Below, one piece after another: positions 1 to 9,400 of a DNA stretch of 20,000 nt. Under the pieces are notes generated by a model that saw only the letters and a program-made list of their open reading frames with translations, made no database searches and was not told the origin of the DNA. The first letter of the stretch is position 1; every line of letters begins with the position of its first letter. This DNA comes from an uncultured virus (IMG/VR IMGVR_UViG_3300008255_004085) (Duplodnaviria > Heunggongvirae > Uroviricota > Caudoviricetes), in IMG/VR virus record IMGVR_UViG_3300008255_004085. One strand, 5' to 3'. The translations under genes and the position numbers were made by a program.

Positions 1-1100
1 CTTGTTAAAATAGATGGAGCACCTGAATTATAAATCAAAGTTATTTCATCATCTTCTTCCATTGATTGACTTGTCCCAGAATTCCCAGAAAGAGTTAAAT
101 TAACTTCGTCTCTAGCTAATCCATCATCTTTTAGAATTAGATATCCATCATCAACGATCTTAATTCGAATCCAATCTTCACCTTGAATTAAGCCACCATC
201 TGCATCCAAGTTTAGATAAATTGAAATAACATCTGTATCTTCAATAGCAGTTGAAAATGGTGCTATTCCACCGATTGAGATATTTAAACCAAGGCTGATG
301 TTTGAATTATTCCCATAACTATCTTCTAGGATAAAAGAAGAAGGGGAAGAAAGAAAAATACCATCAAGATTTGCTCTTACGATTCCACCAGATTTTGTTT
401 TAATTTGAAGCTGATTATCAAAAAATTCTAGACCAGAATTATTTGCAAGATCGATAGCTAGATTCAAACTCGTTGATGGTCCTGTTGTTAATTTAACGCC
501 ATCACCAGATGAAAAAGAAACAGTCTCACCATTAGATATTTCTTGGTCTGCTCCGCTATCTGCACTTAATGTGAAATATTTAGAGAAAACAGTTTTAAAA
601 TTTGTTGAGAAATAAGAAAAAGATGTAAATGCGCTGGATGCAACAACACCAGTCCCAAGTTTCAATGAGTTTGAAGGGGCTGCATCTGCTGTTGCTTGTG
701 CAATTAAATAAAAATCGTTTCTACCACCAATTGCAGCAGCAGGGACCAAACCATTCTCGGTTAAAACAACAGCATAAAGAGTTGCCGCAGCAATTGAGGC
801 TGATGAAAAATAGATCTGTTTGAACACATCACAATCAAACCACCATGGATTATTTGAAGAATCTAAAATAGCCATTGTGATCGGTGGGTATTTGTTAGCA
901 GAAGAATTAAAATCAGTTAAATCAACGGCACCACCAGCAAAAACACCAGGAGCATCAAGCACACTTGCGTCAAAATATGACCAAGCAATCCTTGCTCGAA
1001 TATTTTGTTCAAAATCCTCTTCATTTGCAACAGTGTTAGATCCATTACTTTCTGGAAGAATGTTTAAACCTAATCTATCACTCCACGCTGACGTTGCCAT
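1..1100 (-). CDS. Putative tail fibre / long fibre-like protein with ~80-aa repeats (N-terminal ~366 aa; runs off the left edge; not in the ORF track)
   Basis: ATG at 1100-1098 preceded by AGGAG (1111-1107, 6-nt spacer). The frame is open to base 1 (MATSAWSDRLGLNILPESNGSNTVANEEDFEQNIRARIAWSYFD...SGAPSILT). Three repeat starts FTLSADSG / FILEDSYG / LTLSGNSG lie 80 and 79 codons apart, with beta-spiral-like segments between them. Confidence 0.8.
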   Translation of the reverse strand, partial: MATSAWSDRLGLNILPESNGSNTVANEEDFEQNIRARIAWSYFDASVLDAPGVFAGGAVDLTDFNSSANKYPPITMAILDSSNNPWWFDCDVFKQIYFSSASIAAATLYAVVLTENGLVPAAAIGGRNDFYLIAQATADAAPSNSLKLGTGVVASSAFTSFSYFSTNFKTVFSKYFTLSADSGADQEISNGETVSFSSGDGVKLTTGPSTSLNLAIDLANNSGLEFFDNQLQIKTKSGGIVRANLDGIFLSSPSSFILEDSYGNNSNISLGLNISIGGIAPFSTAIEDTDVISIYLNLDADGGLIQGEDWIRIKIVDDGYLILKDDGLARDEVNLTLSGNSGTSQSMEEDDEITLIYNSGAPSILT

Positions 1101-1106
1101 AAATAA

Positions 1107-1111
1107 CTCCT
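1107..1111 (-). promoter_or_regulatory. Shine-Dalgarno AGGAG for the CDS starting at 1100
   Basis: AGGAGTTATTTATG on the minus strand. Confidence 0.8.
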
Positions 1112-1118
1112 AAAAACT

Positions 1119-2132
1119 TTAAATAATTATATCAGAATCTCCAATAGAACTTGAATTAACTTTTGCATAAACAACACCATCAACATCTATTTTCATTATT
1201 AAATCCTGTGAATATTTTTGAATTAATTTTAATTGAATCTTATGAATTCCATCAACAAATAATGGTTCTGATTGTTTATGAATTGTATAAGTCCCTCTAT
1301 AAACAGAAACATTATTTATATTTCCCACGAATTCTGCTATTTGATCTGTTGCATAAAGGGCTGTTTGGCTTGGTGGAATTACATCATAAAGAAGTGTCGG
1401 CGCATAATCATCATCAGCCATCATCCTATTTGCAACAAATTCAATATAAATAGTAGAAGAATCCAAAGACTTCCCAAGTGTATAACTTTCTAGTTTTGTT
1501 TCATCATTACCTATTAAAGCAGAAGAAATAGGAACAGTTCCTGTGATTGGCATGTTTTGCCAAATATTAAATGGATAATCTATAACTTGTTCATCTTGAT
1601 CATTAGTTATCAATCCATGAAAGAAATAAATAGAAAATTTTAAACTTCCTGGTGCTTGATTATAAATAGATCTATCTTCTGAAGTTACAGAAATAGAAAG
1701 GGCACTAGCACCAAAATTGGGTTCTACTATTTTATAAAAAGTTAAAACAAAAGAAATTGTGAAAGGAACACCAAAAGAATCTTCTAATAAAATCTCAATT
1801 TTTCCATCTTTGACGTTCGCTGGCTCTTTTTTCAAAACATTATTTTCATTATCTTTAAAAATTATTTCAGAAATGTTCCAAGACACAAGATTATCATAGT
1901 TAATTTCTATTTTATTCGATTCATTTGTTTTTACATGAAAAACATTTGTAACTGATGAATATCCAACAAAAACATCTAAATCTATTCCATTTAAAACATT
2001 CCCATAAGAATAGACATCATTTTGATTTTCAAATTGAATTGAATTATTTGATTGAATTTGAAAATTGATAGTTTCAGATCCTATTTTTATTGTATATTCT
2101 GGTTTATTTATTTTACTTTCGAATAAATACAT
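1119..2132 (-). CDS. Hypothetical beta-rich protein, probably virion-associated (337 aa)
   Basis: Long ORF, ATG with GGAGTGA upstream (2142-2136), sits between two fibre-like genes. No family confidently recognised. Confidence 0.75.
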   Translation of the reverse strand: MYLFESKINKPEYTIKIGSETINFQIQSNNSIQFENQNDVYSYGNVLNGIDLDVFVGYSSVTNVFHVKTNESNKIEINYDNLVSWNISEIIFKDNENNVLKKEPANVKDGKIEILLEDSFGVPFTISFVLTFYKIVEPNFGASALSISVTSEDRSIYNQAPGSLKFSIYFFHGLITNDQDEQVIDYPFNIWQNMPITGTVPISSALIGNDETKLESYTLGKSLDSSTIYIEFVANRMMADDDYAPTLLYDVIPPSQTALYATDQIAEFVGNINNVSVYRGTYTIHKQSEPLFVDGIHKIQLKLIQKYSQDLIMKIDVDGVVYAKVNSSSIGDSDIII

Positions 2133-2135
2133 ATT

Positions 2136-2142
2136 TCACTCC
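2136..2142 (-). promoter_or_regulatory. Shine-Dalgarno-like GGAGTGA for the CDS starting at 2132
   Basis: TTGGAGTGAAATATG on the minus strand, in a 24-nt AT-rich spacer. Confidence 0.7.
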
Positions 2143-2156
2143 AATAATTAAAATAA

Positions 2157-5100
2157 TTAACATGAGATAAGCACATGGTCGTTTGAAAGGATTGAGACAC
2201 CAGTTGGGAGTTTTAATCGACCTAATCCATAATCCCAAACAACATTTGTTGTTGAATCAAAAATATATGCTCTTGAATTTAAACCTTCTGGTGTTTTTTG
2301 TGAAATTAGAACAAGTATGTTCCCATTACTTAATTTATAAGCATCTATTGGAGAATATTTAGTTGAAATTGATTTAATTATTTGTTCTTGTTCTGGATCA
2401 ATTTCAACAATTAAATTAAGTGAAGGTAAAGAAGCAATCAAATTCCCATCTGATAACAATCTAGCTGAACCAAATTCTCCGATAGAAAATGTCGTTGATG
2501 TATCTAACACACTCCAAGCTTTAATCCCATCTGTTGTTAAACTAACAATTGAGTGTTTATTTGCTTGTGCAATAACATATCTACTTTCGCTTTCTTTTAT
2601 TACACTAACAGGATGAAGGATGTCCCAATAAATAATATCTGCTCTTTGAACAGATACTTCAAGATTAAAATCATTTGATTGTGTATCGATCAAAACAGTG
2701 CTATCTGCATTTCCATCATCATCAAAATCACCAAGTCTGACCCATTCATCGTCAGAAAGTTCTAAATCTGAATAAAGCTGATTAAAATCATCTATTTGGG
2801 TGGGGGTATAAAGTCCGCTCATTCTCATTAAAATCCAAGGAACGTTATATCTTGGTTCTGTTAAATAAACAGTTGATGTTCCAGAGGCATAAGAGAGATA
2901 TGGAAGTAAACCATAGAAATTCACCGTTGAACTTGAAATTAATTGAGTTGAAGAATAAGAACCATTTGGATAAGCTTCGATTAAACTATCAGTTTCAGTT
3001 GAAAAAATAAATGGATTATAATTGTTAACAAATTCTGTTGCCCCATGCTCGCCTGAAGTGCTTCCAAAATTGCTTGATGAAGTATCAGTCTCTTCTTCAA
3101 ACCATTGGGCACTTGGAGCACTTTCGATTGATTGTGCTGAAGCTGAAGATAATGATTTAACTTCTCCTCCGGTTGGGACATAAGCTCCATTGTCTAATTG
3201 AATAATCAAATCACCAGAGCCCCAAGCTTCAACTCTGGCTTTTGACTCTGATGTTAAATCAAACAAAACAATTGAGCCAATGATTGTTTGCAATGAACTA
3301 TTTGAACCACTTTTACCTATTCCTGGAATTATCGTAGCTCTATTTTTTTGTTTTTGAGTCCCAGCTTCTATTTGCGAAGAATTTGAAGGGTCTGTAAATT
3401 CATCATCATCTAAATCTACAAGGTTATTATGAAGAGCACTCCCAATAATTGAAATTTCAGAATTTGTTTCATTCAAAAGAATCTGATTTGTTCCATTCTC
3501 TGTCATTAATTTAACTTTATCAAAATCAAATTTTGCTAATTCAACCATTTGTGAGAATGTTATTGCTACTTGTCCAAGTCTTGAATTATAACTCGCTGTT
3601 AAAACAACAAGATCTCTTAATTTTAATGGTAAATAACTATTGCCTTGGAAAATTTTATAAATTTGTCCAGCACTCGTCATTTCGATAACCCTATCATTGC
3701 CTGTGTCAGAAATTAAATAGTTCCCATTATCTAATTTTTCAACTTGCGTGGGGTGAATTAATCCGCTCCCAAGCTTGAAAAATGCTTGAATCGGAGAAAT
3801 CGGGAAATCAAATCCATCAAAAGTATAATCAACTATTTTTTCATCATTTTTATCTATTGTTTTAACAACATTCCCTTCAATAAAATGTCTTGAGTTAACA
3901 TTAGAATATTTTTCTAATTCTATATAATCACTTGTTCCATCAATTAAATTAATATTTAAAATTTCATCATAATTTTGCCAAGTTGAATAGGTATTCCATG
4001 CTTTTAGGTTTGATCCTGATGCTAATGTATAATGAAGTGTTAAGGATGAAAAAGTTGGTGTCACCAATCTATTCCCAGATGCGATCAAATTGATTTGGAC
4101 TTCAATCCAATAACTATTTGATTGATTAAGAACATATGTCCCAGGATCTGTTTCATGTGGTTCGATATAAATAGCTCTTGCTGATGATAATCCATCTTCT
4201 GTGTCGGCAGTTCTAGTAAAAATTGTTATATTTGGATCTACTCCATATCCAGAATAAGCAGGGATTAAAGAATCATAAATAATTCTTGTCCAATTTGTTA
4301 ATTGATTTGTAGTAAATCTGAGTTTTAGATATCCACTTTCTTGAAAAAGTGAATCGTTATATCTATAAATTAAAATGTTTTCAGTCGGATCAGCACTAGA
4401 AATATAATCATAGATACTTGTTGACATATCACCTGCATCTGGTCTTGTTACAACAAATTGGAATGGGACTTCTGGATCCCATCCAGAAGAAGTTCTGGTA
4501 TAAAATCCAATCCCAGAAATCGAACTTAAATCAGAAAATTGTTGAAGATCTACACTTGTGAATCTTGGTTCGTCAGTCACCGACCCTTGATCTAAAATTT
4601 TAACCCCATCTTGAACCACAATTTTATCTGTTCCTCCACTTGTTTCAAATGCAACAAGATTTGAGTTTGTGGAATCAAAATCCGAAGGGACGGATCCGAT
4701 AAGGAACATATAGATATCACCATGATCACTTTGACTTTCTTCAGAAAGCTCAAATGAAAATTCTAATTTTGAACTAATTCTCCAATCTTGAGAATCTATT
4801 GTCGTTGTCCCTGGAAGATAAAAGAATCTAAATGTAAAATATCCTATATCATAATTAACTGTGAAATTGCCATCTGATCTAGAAGAATTATTTGAAATTA
4901 TTTGAACAGAAGAGAACCAATCAGCAGAATCTGTTTTACTAAAAACAGATGAAAAATCAATTGTTTTTTCTATACTTATAACACCATCATCATCAAGAGA
5001 AATATTTTCAGATCTTGTAATTAAATCATTTGGATTTAAATCGGAATCTTTATAATCACTTAATGAGACATTATATTCATCAATAGCTGTTTGGAATTCT

Positions 5101-6167
5101 GTTTTTGTATCCCATTTAACAAAATCAGAGGCAGCAGAACTAGCTAAATATCCTAAAATTCTATTATTGTCATAATCTATAGTTGCAGTAGTTGCGTCTA
5201 AATCAATCCAATCAGAATTATACTCATCTGTATTTGGTGGCAACCCAGGGACAAAAACAATTAGGTTTAGAAGTGTGTTATCAATTGTAGAATAGATATG
5301 TTTTAACATTAAAACTAATTGAATTTGATTAGCGATTGAGACATCTCCAAGATAATTATCTTGATTTAAATTTATAGCTAAAAGTAAAGTGTCGATATCA
5401 CTATGGCTAAGAATTCCTATGCCTTCAAGATCGTTGTGATCAAAAGTTGGAAGTCTATCTTGATTTATCTTTCCTTTTTTAATTAAACTAGCATCTATCC
5501 AATCAATATAATCTCCTGAAAGTTTTCCTGTAACATGCCGATAAAGATTTATTTTTGAGGGATTGTTTGCTCCTCCGACGTGGATATGGTTTTTGATGAA
5601 ATAAGATAGGTTGTCGAATAATGTTATTTCATCTCTGAATTCATAAGTTGGATCATCATCAATTGTAGTATAAATATTTCCTAAATCATCTTCAACTTGT
5701 TTTACTAAAATTTCGCCTATGATGATTAAACCACCAGGACTTAATTCTGATTCTCCTTGGGAGGTATATTGAAAATTATAATCTGAATAGCTTAATTTAT
5801 TAGGTGAAACAAAAAAGTCAACTGATCTATCTATATGTGTGTTTATGGTTTCTTTTGCATATACATAGAATGTTAATCCATTATCAGGAAAAGTAATATC
5901 CGGTGGGGTTTCAACAACGATAGCGGTGTTATTTATTGTAACAGCAGATTTAAATCCTATGTGGCCTGTTCCTGGTGTAATATAAATTGTTGTGTTGCTA
6001 GATTTTCTTATCTCCCATCCAGTTAAAACACCATTCCCAAACAAAGAATACAATTCAAAAAGCTGTGTTTCTAATGCGGCCCATCTTTTAAACTCTTCGT
6101 TAACGCAAGCAGATGTGTCTTGACCAGCTTCAAGATAAAATAATCTATAAATATCAGTAAAAGCCAT
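2157..6167 (-). CDS. Large virion structural / fibre-like protein with C-terminal NHL-type beta-propeller (1336 aa)
   Basis: N-terminal FGNGVLTGWEI...ITPGTG anchor-like motif, an HIH motif, DASLIKKGKINQDRLP and DHNDLEGIGILSHSDID motifs reminiscent of trimeric phage fibres. NHL-like blades such as HPTQVEKLDNGNYLISDTGNDRVIEM and LPTGVSILSNDHVLIS. GGAG at 6181-6178. Confidence 0.75.
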   Translation of the reverse strand: MAFTDIYRLFYLEAGQDTSACVNEEFKRWAALETQLFELYSLFGNGVLTGWEIRKSSNTTIYITPGTGHIGFKSAVTINNTAIVVETPPDITFPDNGLTFYVYAKETINTHIDRSVDFFVSPNKLSYSDYNFQYTSQGESELSPGGLIIIGEILVKQVEDDLGNIYTTIDDDPTYEFRDEITLFDNLSYFIKNHIHVGGANNPSKINLYRHVTGKLSGDYIDWIDASLIKKGKINQDRLPTFDHNDLEGIGILSHSDIDTLLLAINLNQDNYLGDVSIANQIQLVLMLKHIYSTIDNTLLNLIVFVPGLPPNTDEYNSDWIDLDATTATIDYDNNRILGYLASSAASDFVKWDTKTEFQTAIDEYNVSLSDYKDSDLNPNDLITRSENISLDDDGVISIEKTIDFSSVFSKTDSADWFSSVQIISNNSSRSDGNFTVNYDIGYFTFRFFYLPGTTTIDSQDWRISSKLEFSFELSEESQSDHGDIYMFLIGSVPSDFDSTNSNLVAFETSGGTDKIVVQDGVKILDQGSVTDEPRFTSVDLQQFSDLSSISGIGFYTRTSSGWDPEVPFQFVVTRPDAGDMSTSIYDYISSADPTENILIYRYNDSLFQESGYLKLRFTTNQLTNWTRIIYDSLIPAYSGYGVDPNITIFTRTADTEDGLSSARAIYIEPHETDPGTYVLNQSNSYWIEVQINLIASGNRLVTPTFSSLTLHYTLASGSNLKAWNTYSTWQNYDEILNINLIDGTSDYIELEKYSNVNSRHFIEGNVVKTIDKNDEKIVDYTFDGFDFPISPIQAFFKLGSGLIHPTQVEKLDNGNYLISDTGNDRVIEMTSAGQIYKIFQGNSYLPLKLRDLVVLTASYNSRLGQVAITFSQMVELAKFDFDKVKLMTENGTNQILLNETNSEISIIGSALHNNLVDLDDDEFTDPSNSSQIEAGTQKQKNRATIIPGIGKSGSNSSLQTIIGSIVLFDLTSESKARVEAWGSGDLIIQLDNGAYVPTGGEVKSLSSASAQSIESAPSAQWFEEETDTSSSNFGSTSGEHGATEFVNNYNPFIFSTETDSLIEAYPNGSYSSTQLISSSTVNFYGLLPYLSYASGTSTVYLTEPRYNVPWILMRMSGLYTPTQIDDFNQLYSDLELSDDEWVRLGDFDDDGNADSTVLIDTQSNDFNLEVSVQRADIIYWDILHPVSVIKESESRYVIAQANKHSIVSLTTDGIKAWSVLDTSTTFSIGEFGSARLLSDGNLIASLPSLNLIVEIDPEQEQIIKSISTKYSPIDAYKLSNGNILVLISQKTPEGLNSRAYIFDSTTNVVWDYGLGRLKLPTGVSILSNDHVLISC

Positions 6168-6169
6168 TT

Positions 6170-6481
6170 TTAATTATCTCCAAACCTTTTTATAATTTGG
6201 TCCCTATCAGATGTCCCTGTTTTATCTCCTGTTATTTTATGAACTCCCCAAGTAGAAACACCCCAAACAAAATGTTGATCATAATCGAATCTTGAAAAGC
6301 CTTCAGATAAAGCAGTGCCATTTGGGTAAAGTCTAAGTGGTCTATTAGTTTTAATCATTAATCTATTGATAGATTCACTTCTAGCTATTTCTGATTGTGC
6401 TACATTAGAAGCTATGGTCTCACTTTCTTTTGTTATAGTTTTTATTAATTTTCTTTTAGCTTCTTTTGTTTTTTGATCCAT
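6170..6481 (-). CDS. Small basic hypothetical protein (103 aa) with N-terminal helical segment and WGxSxWG motif
   Basis: ORF fills the gap exactly between two large genes (5-nt and 2-nt spacers) and has AGGA upstream. Confidence 0.7.
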   Translation of the reverse strand: MDQKTKEAKRKLIKTITKESETIASNVAQSEIARSESINRLMIKTNRPLRLYPNGTALSEGFSRFDYDQHFVWGVSTWGVHKITGDKTGTSDRDQIIKRFGDN

Positions 6482-6486
6482 TTTAA

Positions 6487-9400
6487 TTATCCTGTTATCA
6501 TGTTAGATGATGCCTCTGAAATAGATGGTTTTAATAATTCATATTCATAATTAGTAGTCAAATTATTCCCAGATTCAGCGTCCCATGAAATATCTGTCTG
6601 TCTCAAAATAATTGCATTGCTTTGCATATTTGTAAATGGAATGTTAATAGCACGATAAGTAAAACCAGCTCCTCCACCTTCGCTTACATATGATGCCGGC
6701 AAACCATATTCAGTGTATGAAACAGTCATAGAATTCAAAAATTGATTTTGTCTTTCCATAAGAGCTTTTAGAACATTTATTTCTCCTCTTTCTGTTAATA
6801 CTCCTTTAACATTAATATCTTTCTCACTTCTGAACCCTGTGATTGCAGGAGTTGAAAGCATACCCATTGGCACCCAGATAGGTATTTGTCTCCATCTATC
6901 TTCTGAAATGATGTAATTTTGATAATTCATATCTGTGTTATCAAAACTAACTCTAAAACTATCTCTTTGTAATGGTTTATTTTTATTGTGTGCGTCAAAA
7001 TAATTAAATGTAAACATTGAAGATGCTTCAAAAGCATTTCTATAACCACCTGTTAATGCCGGTAAAACATGCTTCAAATCATAAGCATTTCTATAACTAA
7101 TTTCTGGATTTTTAATACCTCCAGACCAATAAAAGACAGGATATTGATAAGCAAACAAAACACCTAATGCACGTTGAAGATTATTATTAAGATCTTCATT
7201 GAATGATATTTCTTTGGTTTTTGTATCAGTTGCAATCCATCTACCTATTCTTGGCACTGATTGAATGTTGCCTTGAACATTAAAAACAGAATAATTCATT
7301 GGCAATCCAAGCCTACCAAGAATGTATGGAACAGCTAAATGGACAAGCCATCCATCAACAGGGTGATCAGCCGGATATTTTAATTTTGACAATAAATAAG
7401 AAACTGGATCTTGGATTTTTAATGTCATCACAGCACCATGCCCTGTTATTTGGTAATCACTTGATGTAACAAACCCTGAAAAATTAACGCTTTTGCCAGC
7501 TAAACTTTTAACAGAAAAATCAACCCACCCCTGTGATCCTATTGTAAATCCTTGTTGCCTTATAAAATCTATAACTTTTGAACTAGGATTAACAATTTTT
7601 ATTGTAGCAGTTCGTGTTATAACTGGACAACTAAGAGAAGATGTAATATTAAAACTTGAGACACTATCAGAATCAACTTCAACAGAAGATGTTCTATCTG
7701 ATTGATTAAATCTACTTTCAGAACCATAATAATTAGAATAATCTCCTGATGATAAAGCAGAAGGCAAAGAGGCACCTCCGCTTAATTTACCTTTTATTTT
7801 GGAGACCCAAGCTGTATAACTCATTTCTGGCCAAATAGTTAATAATTGGCTATTTTGATAAGCATGAGCCCAAACTGCAACTGTCGGAACTTGCAAACGA
7901 TTATAAACAGGAAGGGTGTTGCCGAAAGATGGTGAATCATACAATCCCCTGTTTTGAATTTGTTGTATCCCAAAAGTTTCAGATAATGAAGAACCACCTA
8001 GATCGCTGGTTTCAAAACCATCACCAATGGGGCCTTGCAAAAAAGATCCCTCGATTTCAGCAGATGTTTCCCAAACAGCACCGCCATTCACAGGGAGATT
8101 TGATGCTGTTAATTTTTCATTTAAAGTAGCAGTATGAAGTGAAATTATCATTCCTCCTCTTGGATCTGAAATAGCATCAGGGTATCTTGTAACAGAGGTA
8201 TCTTTTGTGAACAATTCATCTGTCGAATTGTTAATTAAAGTATTAAAACTATATCCTATTTCACCTTTTGCATATGGTGTCGTTTTCTCAATTGGATCGT
8301 TCCCAGACATAATGAAATTTTTAAGAACAGAACCGCTGAAAAGGTGGGTATAATGATGCCTAAACATTATCATTCTTGAATTCCAGCTTTGATAACAAAT
8401 TGGACCAGCATCAAAAATCCCATTACAATTTGTTGCTAGAATTTTGAAACTTCCCTTCATAGCACAATAAGAACTTGTTCCTAATTGTGGGACACTATTT
8501 AAACCTTCGTTATTTCTTGAAACACCCATTTGAGGTGCTATTATGGCATTGATGGTCTCACCTGAAACATCTGTTCTAATTTCTCCAACATCGCCAAGAG
8601 CCTGAAATGAAAGAGCAACACCATTAACATCTGTCGCTTTTAATGGATTTTTCCCAGTTACAGTGTTAATATAATAATTAGAAATATTTGAAACATTTAA
8701 ATCTAAAATCCCAAGAAATGCTCTATTCGCATCTCTAATTGCATCAAAAATTGTTTTAGATCCAATTTCAGAAGATCCTAAAACTTTTGCATTCATTGCA
8801 AGATATCTATTTGCATTTGTAGCTCTAACGGGGAATGTTATTTGTGGCGGTTTGGATGGGCTTAAAATAATTTGAGCGCCTTTTACTGCATCACCATCGA
8901 TTAGGAGTCCATTACCAAGAATTATCATAACTGTTGGAAAACCAGAGCGAAAAGCACTTACTGAATTTATTCCTGTAATATCAATTTTTAGTCTAAATGG
9001 AGCATTAATCCCAGAGGAATATTCTTTACCAGTTTTTGTTCTAAACAGAGCGACCCCTTCTAATTTTTGTGCAGCACTCATGTATGCTTTATCGAACCCA
9101 GATTTTTGAGGATCTATCCCTGTTATTTTTTCAAAGAATTCAGAATCTCTATAGCTTCCCATAAAAATCCACATTGAATTTGGATCAATCTTAAAATAAT
9201 CATTATCAACCTTGTATATTTTAAGAAAAGTTCCACGAGCAAACCAAGTTATTCTATTCCCTTCTGGGTTATTTTGTTGTTTAATATATCCGTCAGAGAA
9301 TAAAGAACTTGGAGTTATTGGGCCTTGATTAAAAATATATCTTGATGATGCAGACCCTCTGATTCCAGATTTTGTGTTAAAATCCCAAATATTATTTGTT

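Noticed and set aside
1313..1320. TATAAATA (T4 late-promoter-like) on the minus strand, also at 12380-12387
   Set aside because: Both are intragenic and an all-AT octamer is expected by chance at this composition.
629..1493. Plus-strand short ORFs in the track (629-823, 820-1113, 1163-1453, 1272-1493)
   Set aside because: They lie antisense to longer minus-strand genes that have good SD sites, and their composition looks like shadow ORFs.
8753..8784. Imperfect inverted repeat GTTTTAGATC...GATCCTAAAAC, whose start resembles a type II CRISPR repeat
   Set aside because: Single copy inside a CDS, AT-rich and weak, with no repeat-spacer array or terminator context.
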